Positions 25,292 to 35,595 are shown, numbered from the stretch's first letter. The stretch: 64,000 nucleotides of DNA from Actinomycetes bacterium (GCA_021822565.1 JAKAQM010000001.1:9342-73341), one strand, 5' to 3'. Notes: a model not told the origin generated them from the letters alone. A program made the numbers and translations.

Positions 25292-26236
25292 CTGACCCGG
25301 TACCTGCTGCGTCGAGTCGTCCTGCTCCTCGTGACGATGGCGGCCGCCTCGGTGATCGTGTTCGTCGTGCTGGCGATCTTGCCGGGCAAGCCCGCTGAGG
25401 TCATCCTGGGAACCCAGGCGACGCCGAGCGCGGTGCGCGAGCTCACCGACAAGCTCGGCCTCGACAAGCCGATCTGGCGCCAGTACGTCGACTGGGTCGG
25501 CGGCATCGTCTCTGGGCACCTCGGCACGTCGTACATCTCCGGCCAGCCGATCGCGGGCGAGCTCGGCAGCGCACTCGAGGTGACCGGGCCACTCGTCGGG
25601 CTGGGGCTGCTCGTCGGCTTGGTCGTCGCCGTGCCACTCGGCGTCTTCTCCGCGGTCAAATCTCGGAGCGCGAGCGGCGTAGTGGCGTCCGTCCTGAACC
25701 AGATCGGGATCGCCGTGCCGAGCTTCGTGCTCGGGATCCTGCTGATCGTCGTAGTGGGGGTGGAGCTCCGCCTTCTGCCCACTGGCGGCTTCACAGGCTG
25801 GTCGGACCCGACCGAGGCGATGCGATCCCTGCTGCTGCCTGCCGTGGCGCTGGGGGTCGTGGAGGGGGCGATCGTCGGTCGATACGTTCGCACCGCGGTG
25901 CTGGACGTGCTCTCCTCCGACTACCTGCGGACCGCGAGGGCGAAGGGTCTCACGCCGGGGAGAGCCCTCGTGCGCCACGGGCTCCGCAACGTCGCCGTGC
26001 CTGTGCTCACCGTGCTCGGTCTCGAGCTCGCGGGGCTCGTGGTGGGCGCAGTGATCATCGAGAATGTCTTCACCCTTCCGGGGATGGGGACCCTCCTCCT
26101 CCAATCGGTGGAGAACCGAGACCTGATCGTGGTCGAAGACATCGTCTTGCTGGTGGCCGCGGTAGTCCTCGTCGTCAACTTCGCGGTCGACATCGTGTAC
26201 CACTCCCTCGACCCACGAATCGCGCGCGAGCGATGA
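25292..26236 (+). CDS. ABC transporter permease (DppB/OppB-like)
   Basis: N-terminus (L)TRYLLRRVVLLLV and the EAA-type loop DYLRTARAKGLTPGRALVRHGLRN. The only start-like codon next to the strong SD GGAAGGAGGAGG is CTG 25292; the alternative is ATG 25148. Confidence 0.75.
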   Translation: MTRYLLRRVVLLLVTMAAASVIVFVVLAILPGKPAEVILGTQATPSAVRELTDKLGLDKPIWRQYVDWVGGIVSGHLGTSYISGQPIAGELGSALEVTGPLVGLGLLVGLVVAVPLGVFSAVKSRSASGVVASVLNQIGIAVPSFVLGILLIVVVGVELRLLPTGGFTGWSDPTEAMRSLLLPAVALGVVEGAIVGRYVRTAVLDVLSSDYLRTARAKGLTPGRALVRHGLRNVAVPVLTVLGLELAGLVVGAVIIENVFTLPGMGTLLLQSVENRDLIVVEDIVLLVAAVVLVVNFAVDIVYHSLDPRIARER

Positions 26237-27138
26237 GCATCCTGCCGGTGCGTCTCGACGCGGTCACAGGCGCCGAGCCCGTCCCCGATGAGGAGATCAC
26301 AGGTGAGCCGAGCCTGTGGCACCGCTGGCGCCACAGCCCCTCGGCGATCGTCGGGTCCGTGATCTCCGCAGGGGTGGTCGTGGTCGCGGTCGTCTCGTTG
26401 GTATGGACTCCCTACAGCCCCCTCGCCATCAACATGGCGGCCACCTTCGCCCGTCCGAGCGCGCAGCACCTTCTCGGCACCGACCAGTACGGCCGTGACG
26501 TCCTGAGCAGGCTCATGAGCGGTACGGACGCCACCTTGTATGCTGGCGTGGTCTCCGTCCTCGGGGCCGGTGCGATCGGCATCCCCGCGGGGCTCTACGC
26601 TGCCCAACGGGGCGGGCTGCCGGGCCAGCTGGTCCTGCGGCTGGCCGACCTGGTCTACGCCTTTCCGGCATTGCTCGTCGCCGTCGTGCTCGCCACCGAC
26701 TTCGGCGGATCGACGCTGACGGTCATGGGGGCTGTCGCCCTGGCCTTCGTCCCGGTCTTCGCCCGGGTCACCCGTAGCGGCGCGCTCGGGGTCCTGAGCC
26801 TGGACTACGTCACGGCGGCACGCGCCTGCGGCGTCTCGAGGACGAGGATCCTGCGCCGCCACGTCCTGCCGAACATCGCGCCGCTCGTCATCACCCAGAT
26901 GACCCTCCTGCTCTCCGTCGCGGTGCTTGCCGACGCCGCGCTCACCTACCTCGGGCTGGGCGCCCCACCCCCGGCTGCCTCGTGGGGCCTCATGCTCGAA
27001 GAGGCCCAGCGCTACATGGGGACAGATCCGCTGCTCGTGGTATGGCCCGCGGTGACGATCGCCCTGTGCGTGCTCGGCTTCAACCTCCTCGGGGACGGCT
27101 TGCGCGACGTGTTCGACCCGAGGCGGCGCGATCGCTGA
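26233..27138 (+). CDS. ABC transporter permease (DppC/OppC-like)
   Basis: HLLGTDQYGRDVLSRL and YVTAARACGVSRTRILRRHVLPN. ATGA overlap at 26233-26236. Confidence 0.85.
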   Translation: MSILPVRLDAVTGAEPVPDEEITGEPSLWHRWRHSPSAIVGSVISAGVVVVAVVSLVWTPYSPLAINMAATFARPSAQHLLGTDQYGRDVLSRLMSGTDATLYAGVVSVLGAGAIGIPAGLYAAQRGGLPGQLVLRLADLVYAFPALLVAVVLATDFGGSTLTVMGAVALAFVPVFARVTRSGALGVLSLDYVTAARACGVSRTRILRRHVLPNIAPLVITQMTLLLSVAVLADAALTYLGLGAPPPAASWGLMLEEAQRYMGTDPLLVVWPAVTIALCVLGFNLLGDGLRDVFDPRRRDR

Positions 27139-29066
27139 TGACCTTGCTCGATGTCGAGGACCTGGTCATCTCCTCAGCGGGCGCCCGCCTCGTGGACGGC
27201 ATCGACCTGTCGGTGCGCGCGGGTGAGCGCGTCGGGCTCATCGGGGAGTCCGGGAGCGGCAAGTCGCTGACCGCGCTCGGGGTGATGCAGCTGTTGCCAC
27301 GGGGCATCTCGTCTACGGGGAGCATCCGGTTCGAGGGCCGCGACCTTGCTCGAATCTCCGAACGGGCGCGCTCCAGCCTGAGGGGCAGGCGTGTCGCCAT
27401 GGTCTTCCAAGAGCCCATGTCGGCCCTCAACCCGCTCATGCGCGTGGGCAAGCAGATCGCCGAGAGCCTCACCATCCACAAGACCCTCTCGCGCGCCGAG
27501 GCGAAGGAGGAGGCCGCCCGCTTGCTCGCACGTGTGGAGATCCACGATCCCCGTGCGGTCCTTCGCGCCTACCCTCACGAGCTCTCCGGCGGCCAGCGCC
27601 AGCGGGTCGTCCTCGCGATGGCGATCGCCAACCATCCGGTGCTCCTCCTCGCCGACGAGCCGACGACCGCGCTCGACGTGACGGTCCAACACCGGGTGCT
27701 GCGGCTTCTCGACGGCTTGGTCCGTGCCGAGCAGATGGCGCTGCTCCTCATCAGTCACGATCTCGCTGTCGTCTCGGGCATCTGCGACCGAGTGATGGTG
27801 ATGTACGGCGGCCGGGTGGTGGAGCGCGCCACGGTCGGCCAGATCCTCGCGCACCCACGCCATCCCTACACTGCCGGCCTCGTCGCCACGAGCGCGTCGC
27901 TCGGCGGAGCACCGAGCGCTGCTTCCAGACGGCGCCAGCCGCTGCCGACCATCCCGGGAACCGCGCCGAGTGCCGCGGCGGCGAGCCGGATCACCGGCTG
28001 CCCGTTCCGCGCGCGATGCGGATGGGCGAGCCCGAGGTGCCTGGAGGAGCCTCGACTGGAAACGATCGTGGACGGGCACGACGTGGCCTGCTGGCATCCG
28101 CTGCCGGCACCCGCCGCCCCCCGTCGTGCGCGGGAGGCGAGCGGACTGGCTGGGCGTGCAGACGTCGCCCTCGGCCCTGGTCTCGCGCAGGCTGCGCCGC
28201 CCGTCACCTCGGATGGCGAGGGCGCCGCCCCGATCCTCGAGTGCCGGAAGCTCGTCAAGGTGTACCGCCCGGAGCTCGCACGCCAGGGCGGGGATCCGCC
28301 GGCGGCGCACATCCGTGCGCTCGACGGGGTCGATCTGGTCGTCCTCGAAGGAGACGTCCTCGGGATCGTCGGCGAATCCGGATCGGGGAAGTCCACCCTC
28401 GCACGCATCCTTCTCGCCCTCGACCGCCCGACGAGCGGGGAGGTGCGCTTCAGGGCCGCACGCATCGACGGTAGCCCCGAGCGCGCGCTGCGAGCGATGC
28501 GACGCGAGGTGCAGGTCGTCTTCCAGGACCCGTTGGGCTCGCTCGATCCGCGGATGCGCGTGCGCGACATCATCGCCGAGCCGTTGCACGCGCTCGGCGT
28601 CGAGGGCGACCATCGCCAGCGCGTCGCCGAACTGCGCGAGGCGGTGCGCCTGCCGCGCGACACGGGGCGGCGGTACCCGCACCAGCTGTCCGGCGGCCAG
28701 CGTCAACGCGTCGCGATCGCGCGGGCGCTGGCGCCGCGCCCCAAGGTGCTCGTCGCAGACGAAGCCGTGAGCGCGCTCGACGTCTCGGTGCGCGCACAGA
28801 TCCTCAACCTCCTCGGCGAGCTGATCGGTCGCTTCGCCCTCACGGTGGTGTTCATCTCGCACGACATGGCTGTCGTGCAACACCTGTGCAACCGGGTCGT
28901 CGTGCTCTACCGCGGCAAGGTCGTCGAGGAGGGCTTGGTCGAAGAGGTGCTCACCCGTCCCAAGAGCTCCTACACCCAGGGGCTGCTCGCCGCGATCCCC
29001 CGGCTCGGCAAGCACGTCGGCGACGATCGGTCGGCGACGGTGGGGGCAGCGCCGTCGCCGGATTGA
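27138..29066 (+). CDS. fused double ABC ATPase (DppD-DppF-like, two nucleotide-binding domains)
   Basis: Two Walker A motifs (GESGSGKS twice), two signature motifs (LSGGQRQR twice) and two Walker B motifs ([24 protein letters not shown]). ATG shares 1 nt with the upstream stop. Confidence 0.9.
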   Translation: MTLLDVEDLVISSAGARLVDGIDLSVRAGERVGLIGESGSGKSLTALGVMQLLPRGISSTGSIRFEGRDLARISERARSSLRGRRVAMVFQEPMSALNPLMRVGKQIAESLTIHKTLSRAEAKEEAARLLARVEIHDPRAVLRAYPHELSGGQRQRVVLAMAIANHPVLLLADEPTTALDVTVQHRVLRLLDGLVRAEQMALLLISHDLAVVSGICDRVMVMYGGRVVERATVGQILAHPRHPYTAGLVATSASLGGAPSAASRRRQPLPTIPGTAPSAAAASRITGCPFRARCGWASPRCLEEPRLETIVDGHDVACWHPLPAPAAPRRAREASGLAGRADVALGPGLAQAAPPVTSDGEGAAPILECRKLVKVYRPELARQGGDPPAAHIRALDGVDLVVLEGDVLGIVGESGSGKSTLARILLALDRPTSGEVRFRAARIDGSPERALRAMRREVQVVFQDPLGSLDPRMRVRDIIAEPLHALGVEGDHRQRVAELREAVRLPRDTGRRYPHQLSGGQRQRVAIARALAPRPKVLVADEAVSALDVSVRAQILNLLGELIGRFALTVVFISHDMAVVQHLCNRVVVLYRGKVVEEGLVEEVLTRPKSSYTQGLLAAIPRLGKHVGDDRSATVGAAPSPD

Positions 29067-29204
29067 ACGCTCGCGGGCGGGCTCGGGTAGCCTCGGATGT
29101 ACCGCGTCCCGGCGGTCACCCAGCGCGTCGGCTGCCGGAGAGGGACCGGTGGTCGGAGCGGCAGTCCGTGATGGTCTCGGGCTCGTAGACAAGGGGGAAG
29201 CACG

Positions 29205-30584
29205 TTGAGCATGTACAAGGTCACCAACCCCGCGACCGGCGAGGTCGTCAAGGAATTCCCCACCGCGACCGACGAAGAGCTGACCGGGGTGCTCCAGCGG
29301 TCGCAGGCTGTGTACGACCCGTGGCGGGCCACCTCCCGGGAGGAGCGTGCCAAGATCCTGTCGGTCGTGTCCGAGCTCTACAAGGAGCGAGCCGAGCACC
29401 TGGCCTCGATCATCACGCGGGAGATGGGCAAGCCCACGCGCGAGGCGGTCGACGAGATCGAGTTCAGCGCGTCGATCTACGAGTACTACGCGAACGAGGG
29501 CCCGAAGCTGCTGGCGGACCGCCGGCTGGAGTCGCCGCAGCCTGGCGAAGCGTGGGTGCGCATGTCGCCGATCGGGCCGGTGCTCGGCATCATGCCGTGG
29601 AACTACCCCTACTACCAGGTGGCCCGCTTCTCGGCCCCCAACCTGGTGATCGGGAACACCGTCATCTTGAAGCACGCCCCTCAGTGCCCGGAGTCGGCGT
29701 TGGCGATGGAGGAGATCTTTCGCGACGCGGGGCTTCCCGACGACGTGTATGTCAACATCTTCGCCACGAACGAGCAGATCGCGGCGATGATCGCCGACCC
29801 CAGGGTGGTCGGGGTCTCGGTGACCGGCAGCGAGCGCGCCGGCGCCGCAGTTGCCGCCGTCGCAGGGCAGAACCTGAAGAAGGTGGTGCTCGAGCTCGGC
29901 GGCTCCGATCCCTACATCGTCTTGGACGCCGACGACCTTCCCGGCGTCGCCAGGCAGACGGTCGCGGCGCGCATGGAGAACGGCGGCCAGGCCTGTAACG
30001 CCGCGAAGCGGATGATCGTCATGGAGGACATCTACGACCAGTTCGTCTCCGAGTTCACCGAGGCGATGGCCGAGCAGGTACCCGGCGATCCGACCGACCC
30101 CGCTACGACCTTCGGTCCCTTGTCGTCGGAGCAGGCTGCAAGGAACCTCATGGCACAGATCGACGACGCCGTGGAGAAAGGCGCCACCGTGCACCTCGGC
30201 GGCGGCCGGATCGAGGGTCCGGGGGCGTTCGTGCAGGCGACCGTCCTCACCGATGTCACGCCGGAGATGCGCGCCTATCACGAAGAGCTCTTCGGCCCGG
30301 CCGCGGTGATCTACAAGGTGCGCAGCGTCGACGAAGCCGTCGCGCTCGCCAACGACACCCGCTACGGGCTCGGTGCGGCGGTCTTCGCCAAGGACGAGCA
30401 GCTGGCGCTCGAGGTCGCCGACCGGCTGGACACCGGCATGGTCTGGATCAACGAGGCCGAGGGGGGCGGTCCCGAGCTGCCCTTCGGCGGCACGAAGCGC
30501 TCCGGTGTGGGCCGGGAGCTCGGGCCGCTCGGCATCGAGGAGTTCGTCAACAAGAAGCTCATCCACATTCCACCGAAGAAGTGA
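29205..30584 (+). CDS. NAD(P)-dependent succinate-semialdehyde/aldehyde dehydrogenase
   Basis: NPATGE, MPWNYP, VTGSERAG, LELGGSDP, catalytic Cys in GQACNAAKR, EELFGPA. Start is TTG 29205 or ATG 29211. Confidence 0.85.
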   Translation: MSMYKVTNPATGEVVKEFPTATDEELTGVLQRSQAVYDPWRATSREERAKILSVVSELYKERAEHLASIITREMGKPTREAVDEIEFSASIYEYYANEGPKLLADRRLESPQPGEAWVRMSPIGPVLGIMPWNYPYYQVARFSAPNLVIGNTVILKHAPQCPESALAMEEIFRDAGLPDDVYVNIFATNEQIAAMIADPRVVGVSVTGSERAGAAVAAVAGQNLKKVVLELGGSDPYIVLDADDLPGVARQTVAARMENGGQACNAAKRMIVMEDIYDQFVSEFTEAMAEQVPGDPTDPATTFGPLSSEQAARNLMAQIDDAVEKGATVHLGGGRIEGPGAFVQATVLTDVTPEMRAYHEELFGPAAVIYKVRSVDEAVALANDTRYGLGAAVFAKDEQLALEVADRLDTGMVWINEAEGGGPELPFGGTKRSGVGRELGPLGIEEFVNKKLIHIPPKK

Positions 30585-30704
30585 GGTAGGGGCGGAGGAG
30601 GAGGCTTGCGCCGGAGGACGGGACCGCAGCGGTGACCGAGACCACCGCAGTGCCTCGTCGCGCGGCCCTGCGCGGGCCGGGGGCAGAGGCTGTGTATGGG
30701 CTCA

Positions 30705-30733
30705 GACCGGAGCTCCGCTGCGGAAGTCCGGTC
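30705..30733. terminator. candidate bidirectional hairpin between convergent genes
   Basis: GACCGGAGCTCCG-CTG-CGGAAGTCCGGTC: 13-nt arms with a 2-nt internal mismatch. Overlaps the amidohydrolase stop codon. No U-tract. Confidence 0.3.
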
Positions 30734-32405
30734 AGAGCACCCCGCGGTCGTGCACGATCTTCCCGTCGGCGAACGTGAGGTCCACTTCGACGAGCGCGAT
30801 CTCCGACGTCGGCACCGAGAACAGGTCGCGGTCGAGCACCACGAGGTCGGCCCGCTTGCCCGGCGTGATCGACCCCGTCTCCTGTTCGAGGTGGTTGAGG
30901 TAGGCAGAGCCTGCAGTGAAGGCCTCGATGGCCGTCTCGAGGTCCACGCGCTCGCTGGGGAGGAGCGGATCGGTGCCGCCTCCGTCAGCGCCTGCATGAG
31001 CATGGTCGGGGGGCACCGTCCGGTTCACCGCGACGTGGACCTCTTCGAGCACGTTGGGCGTGGAGACCGGCCAGTCGCTGCCGAAGCACAGGCGCGCACC
31101 GGCGCGGACGAGGCTTCCGAACGGGTACTGCCAGCTCGAGCGTTCCGGTCCGAGGAAGGGCAAGGTGAGTTCGACCATCTGGGGCTCGGCACATGCCCAC
31201 AGCGGCTGGCCGTTCGCGATCACGCCGACCTGGGCGAACCGAGAGATGTCGTCTGGGTGCACGACCTGGATGTGCGCGGCGCAGTGGCGGCGGTCCGATG
31301 TCCCGTTCGCCGCCCTGGCTGCCTCGGCTGCGTCGAGCACCTCTCTCACCGCTCGATCGCCGATCGCGTGGAAATGCGCCTGGAAGCCGTGCGCGTCCAC
31401 GAGCGTGACGTAGCTCGTGAGCTCCTCCGGGCTGAAGAAGCTCTTCCCGCAGTTGTGCGTTTCGTGGCCCGCGCGATCGAGGTAGGGGGTGAGCATCGCT
31501 GCGGTGAAGTTCTCGCAGATGCCGTCTTGCATGAACTTGACCGAGTCCGCGCGGAAGTGCGAGCCCTTCGAGGCCTGCTCGCGCCGGTCGAGCAGCGTCG
31601 AGATGAAGGTCTCGTCCGCACCCCTCGGCCACCACTGCGCGCCGACGACCTTTCCGGTGAGCAATCCGGCGCGGTCCAGTGCGAGGAACGCGTCGAAGCA
31701 GTCCCCCACGACGGGCGACTCGCCGACGATGGCCTCCTGCCAGGCGGTGATCCCGAAGCTGTGGAGGTAGCGCTGCCCCTCGAGGATGCCTGCGGCGATC
31801 TCCTCGGTCGTGAGCTCGGGGATATGGCGCCCGACGAGGTCGCTCGCTCCCTCTTGGAGCATGCCGACGGGTTCCCCTTTGGCGTCGCGCTCGATGCGGC
31901 CGTCGACGGGGTCGGGGGTGCGCGCGTCGATCCCCGCGCGTTCGAGGGCCACCGAATTGGCCCAAGCGCCGTGGTGGTCGCGGTTGAAGAGCAGCACGGG
32001 GCGGTCGGGGACGACGCGGTCGAGGTCCTCCTTGGTCGGCACCCCCCCCGGGAAGACGTCCATCGACCATCCCCCGCCGGTGATCCAGGCAGCATCAGGG
32101 TGGGCCTTGGCGTACCGGGCCACGGTGTCGAGGTACTCCTGGCGGCTGTGCGCCTCGGTGAGGTTGCAGCGGTTCCGCTCGATGCCGGCGCCCGATGCGT
32201 GGACGTGACCGTCTTGGAAGCCGGCGAGGACGGTCCTGCCTCCGAGGTCGATCGACTCGGCGTTCCCGCTGACGTGCTCGCGAACCGTCGCCTCGTCTCC
32301 CACGGCGAGGATCCGGCCGCCTCCGAGCGCGATCGCGCTCGCCCCGATGAGCGCGGGGTCGAGGGTGTGGACGACACCGTTGTGCAGGACCAGATCGGCG
32401 GTCAT
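30732..32405 (-). CDS. amidohydrolase-3 family metal-dependent hydrolase
   Basis: LVLHNGVVHTLD..GFQDGHVHASG..FHAIGDRAV..VVHPDD..FGSDWPV are typical of the large TIM-barrel amidohydrolase 3 family. Confidence 0.8.
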   Translation of the reverse strand: MTADLVLHNGVVHTLDPALIGASAIALGGGRILAVGDEATVREHVSGNAESIDLGGRTVLAGFQDGHVHASGAGIERNRCNLTEAHSRQEYLDTVARYAKAHPDAAWITGGGWSMDVFPGGVPTKEDLDRVVPDRPVLLFNRDHHGAWANSVALERAGIDARTPDPVDGRIERDAKGEPVGMLQEGASDLVGRHIPELTTEEIAAGILEGQRYLHSFGITAWQEAIVGESPVVGDCFDAFLALDRAGLLTGKVVGAQWWPRGADETFISTLLDRREQASKGSHFRADSVKFMQDGICENFTAAMLTPYLDRAGHETHNCGKSFFSPEELTSYVTLVDAHGFQAHFHAIGDRAVREVLDAAEAARAANGTSDRRHCAAHIQVVHPDDISRFAQVGVIANGQPLWACAEPQMVELTLPFLGPERSSWQYPFGSLVRAGARLCFGSDWPVSTPNVLEEVHVAVNRTVPPDHAHAGADGGGTDPLLPSERVDLETAIEAFTAGSAYLNHLEQETGSITPGKRADLVVLDRDLFSVPTSEIALVEVDLTFADGKIVHDRGVL

Positions 32406-32589
32406 CGGCTGCTTCCCTTCCTCGGTTCCTGGACGTCCGTGACGAGTTGCCGGGGTGGCCCCGGGTCCGTACGGCTACTGAGATCCGCGTGCACTCTCGC
32501 ATGCCGACGCCAGTCGGACAAGCGCACGATCCCCGTCCTTCGCAAGCGCCTGTGACGCTTCGTATGCTTGCAAGTAGGGTGAGCGATCA

Positions 32590-33978
32590 ATGCCATTGGA
32601 GAGCTCCATGATCAACGGATCGATCTCGTTCTGGTACCAAGAGACCGGCATTCCTCCGCTCCGACCGCCATTGCGCGAGACGCTGGACGCCGACGTGTGC
32701 ATCGTCGGAGGCGGGTTCACCGGGCTGTGGACGGCGTACTACCTCGCCTCAGCTCGGCCGGACCTGCGAATCGTGGTGCTGGAGAAGCGTTTCGCCGGCT
32801 TCGGCGCTTCCGGGCGCAACGGTGGATGGGTCACCGGTTCCGTTCCTGGACTGCGGAGCCGATACGCAGCTGACCGAGGCAGGGACGCAGTGGTCGCCAT
32901 GCAGCGGGCCATGAACCAGACCGTCGACGAGGTGATCTCGGTGTCCGGCGCCGAGGGCATCGATGCGGACGTCGCCAAGGGCGGCGTCTTGCACGTGGCT
33001 CGCAGCCCTGCCCAGCTCAGGCGTCTCCGTGACCAGCTGGCCGTGGAGGCGCAGTGGGGCAACACGGACGTCGTCGAGCTCTCGGCCGAAGAGGTCGCCG
33101 CCCGGATCCGGGTGGACGAGGCGCTCGGGGGGAGCTACAGCCCGCACTGTGCCACCGTCCAACCCGCGAAGCTCGCGCAGGGGCTCGCCCGCGCGGTCGA
33201 GGGCAAGGGCGTCACCGTCTACGAGGACACCCCGGTGCTCGAGCTACGGCCACACCGCGCCGTCACCCCTCGCGCCGACGTGAGGGCCCGCTGGGTCCTC
33301 CGAGCCACCGAGGGCTTCACGGCGAGCCTCGCAGGGCTCCGACGCCTGTGGCTGCCGATGAACTCGTCGATCATCGCCACCGAGCCGCTCTCCGAGGCGG
33401 AGTGGGCCCAGATCGGATGGGAGGGTCGAGAAGCGCTCGGCGACATGGCGCACGCCTACATGTACGTGCAGCGCACTGCGGGCGGCCGCATCGCCTTGGG
33501 TGGGCGCGGCGTCCCGTACCGGTACGGTTCCCGCACCGACGCCGACGGCAGCACCCCGCAGCGCACCGTCGGGTCCCTGCGCGAGATCCTCGCGGCGATG
33601 TTCCCCTCCCTCAGGGGGGCGCGTATCGACCACACCTGGTCGGGGGTCCTCGGAGTGCCACGTGACTGGTGCGCGACCGTTGGTCTCGATCGCGTCACCG
33701 GTCTTGGATGGGCCGGCGGCTACGTTGGCACCGGGGTTGCTGCGACGAACCTGGCGGGCCGCACGCTGCGGGACCTGGTCTTGGGGGAGGACAGCGAGCT
33801 CGTGCGCCTCCCGTGGGTCGACCGCCAGGTCCGCCGGTGGGAGCCCGAGCCGCTCCGCTGGCTCGGCGTGCATGCCATGTACGCGGCGTACCGGTACGCG
33901 GATGCCCGCGAGTCCCGCACCGCCGGCCCCACCTCCGGCGTGGCCACCGTCGCCGACCTGGTCTCAGGCCGGCGCTGA
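32590..33978 (+). CDS. FAD-dependent oxidoreductase (DAO family, gamma-glutamylputrescine-oxidase-like)
   Basis: DVCIVGGGFTGLWTAYYL dinucleotide fold and GASGRNGG. Paralogous to 39621..41093. Confidence 0.8.
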   Translation: MPLESSMINGSISFWYQETGIPPLRPPLRETLDADVCIVGGGFTGLWTAYYLASARPDLRIVVLEKRFAGFGASGRNGGWVTGSVPGLRSRYAADRGRDAVVAMQRAMNQTVDEVISVSGAEGIDADVAKGGVLHVARSPAQLRRLRDQLAVEAQWGNTDVVELSAEEVAARIRVDEALGGSYSPHCATVQPAKLAQGLARAVEGKGVTVYEDTPVLELRPHRAVTPRADVRARWVLRATEGFTASLAGLRRLWLPMNSSIIATEPLSEAEWAQIGWEGREALGDMAHAYMYVQRTAGGRIALGGRGVPYRYGSRTDADGSTPQRTVGSLREILAAMFPSLRGARIDHTWSGVLGVPRDWCATVGLDRVTGLGWAGGYVGTGVAATNLAGRTLRDLVLGEDSELVRLPWVDRQVRRWEPEPLRWLGVHAMYAAYRYADARESRTAGPTSGVATVADLVSGRR

Positions 33979-35418
33979 CCCGGGCTGCCGACCGCTGCCG
34001 ATCGACTCGGGCAGGCGGCGCCAGGCCCCGGTCGCGTCCTCGAAGGCCCGTGCGATCCCGAGGAGGCGAAGATCGCCCCGAGGCCGCCCGACGAGCTGCA
34101 ATCCGACCGGGAGGCCGTCGTCGGTGAAGCCGCACGGCACGGACACTGCTGGCAGCGTCGTCACGGTGACGAAGTACGAGCAGCGCATCCAGTCGAGGTA
34201 GGTGTGCTGGGCGACGCCGTCGATCTCCGTGACCCATGGGATCTCCACCGGGAACGGGGTCACCGGGCTGACCGGGCATGCGAGCACGTCGTAGCGGCTG
34301 AGCAGGCGCTGGACGCGGGCGTAGACCCCTTGGCGCAGCCTCTCTGCTCGCGAAAGGTCGTCGCCGCCGAGTGCGAAGCCGCGCTCGATCTCGTCGGCGA
34401 GGTCAGGCTTGAACGCGTCTGGGTGAGCCCGGTAGACCTCCCCCAGCTCGAAGGCCTGGTACCAGGCGCGCCACGTGCGGAACGCCTCGTCCGCACCCGC
34501 GAAGTCGGGCTCCACCTCGTCGACCTGCCAGCCCAGGGCGAGCATCGCCGAGCGACCGGCGCTTTCGAGAACGTGGGTGACGGACGTCGCCACCGGGAGC
34601 TCGCCGAGGTTCCGGCTCCACGCGACGCGCACCTCTGCGCGAGCGGCCTCCAACGGGGGAGCGAAGACCTCGCCGTCGACGGGGAGCGCGAAGGGCGTCC
34701 TCGGGTCGTCGCCTGCGAGGACGCTCAGCAGCAGCGCGACGTCCTCCACTCGGCGTCCCATCGGGCCGCTCACGTCGTAGGAGAACCCGGACGCTGTCGG
34801 CCATTTCGACACCAGGCCCGGCGTCGGGCGGAACCCCACGACGTTGCAGAAGCTGGCAGGGTTGCGGAGCGACCCGCCCAGGTCGGACCCGTCTGCGAGC
34901 GCCACCATGTGCGCGGCGAGCGCGGCGGCGGCGCCGCCGCTGCTGCCGCCCGCGGTCTTCGTGAGGTCGTAGGGATTGCGCGTCGCGCCGAAGAGCTGGT
35001 TGAAGGTCTGCGAGCCGGCGCCGAACTCGGGGGTGTTCGTCTTGCCGAGGGACACCGCTCCAGCGCCGGCCATTCTCTCGACGACTGCCGCGTCGCGGTC
35101 CGGCACGTTGCGCGAGAAGAGCGGGGAGCCATAGGTCGTCCTCACACCGTTCGTCTCGACGAGGTCTTTGTGGGCCACGGGGATCCCGTGCAGGGGTCCG
35201 ACCGGGCCGCTGCGGACGATCGCGTCGTCCAGCTCGCCGGCGCGCGCGGCGGCGCTCTCCGCGGTGAGGGTGACGACCGCGTTCACGGCGGCGTTGACGC
35301 GCTCGATCTGGTGGAGATGCGCCTGGAGCACCTCACGCGCGGAAACCTCTCGAGCTCTCAGGAGCTCGCGGAGCGCCGTGGCCGAGAGCGCCGTGAGCCC
35401 GGAATCCGAAGATGTCAG
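33964..35418 (-). CDS. amidase (amidase-signature family)
   Basis: GKTNTPEFG and GGSSGGAAAALAA signature. The conserved N-terminal helix GLTALSATALRELLRAREVSAREV is encoded upstream of the first canonical start (GTG 35331). CTG 35418 with AAGGGGGGA 6 nt upstream is proposed as the start. Confidence 0.8.
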   Translation of the reverse strand: MTSSDSGLTALSATALRELLRAREVSAREVLQAHLHQIERVNAAVNAVVTLTAESAAARAGELDDAIVRSGPVGPLHGIPVAHKDLVETNGVRTTYGSPLFSRNVPDRDAAVVERMAGAGAVSLGKTNTPEFGAGSQTFNQLFGATRNPYDLTKTAGGSSGGAAAALAAHMVALADGSDLGGSLRNPASFCNVVGFRPTPGLVSKWPTASGFSYDVSGPMGRRVEDVALLLSVLAGDDPRTPFALPVDGEVFAPPLEAARAEVRVAWSRNLGELPVATSVTHVLESAGRSAMLALGWQVDEVEPDFAGADEAFRTWRAWYQAFELGEVYRAHPDAFKPDLADEIERGFALGGDDLSRAERLRQGVYARVQRLLSRYDVLACPVSPVTPFPVEIPWVTEIDGVAQHTYLDWMRCSYFVTVTTLPAVSVPCGFTDDGLPVGLQLVGRPRGDLRLLGIARAFEDATGAWRRLPESIGSGRQPGSAPA

Positions 35419-35565
35419 CGACGATCCCCCCTTCGAGCTGTCGGAGCGCCCTCAGGGTAGCCCCCGCCACCTCTCGGCGCCCGGGCGAACCGCCGCCCCC
35501 TCCAGCAGGCAGGCGACATGGCGCACGTCGGTCTTCAGGGCGGCTCAGAAGGATTCCCGCGTGAC

Positions 35566-35595
35566 TTGACGTTCTCAAGGCGGAAACCGTAACCT
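35566..35595 (+). promoter_or_regulatory. candidate promoter of ABC importer 2
   Basis: TTGACG at 35566-35571, an 18-nt spacer, then TAACCT at 35590-35595. A 10-bp palindrome TGACGCGTCA follows at 35625-35634. Confidence 0.3.

Noticed and set aside
29066-29205. Possible riboswitch or leader structure upstream of the second aldehyde dehydrogenase
   Set aside because: Only a weak 6-bp stem (ctgccg...cggcag) is present, and it has no resemblance to any riboswitch consensus I know.
27174-30566. 1130-aa ORF on the minus strand
   Set aside because: It is antisense to the recognisable ABC ATPase and aldehyde dehydrogenase genes. The sequence is Arg/Gly/Asp-rich with no motifs. This is a typical mirror ORF of GC-rich DNA.
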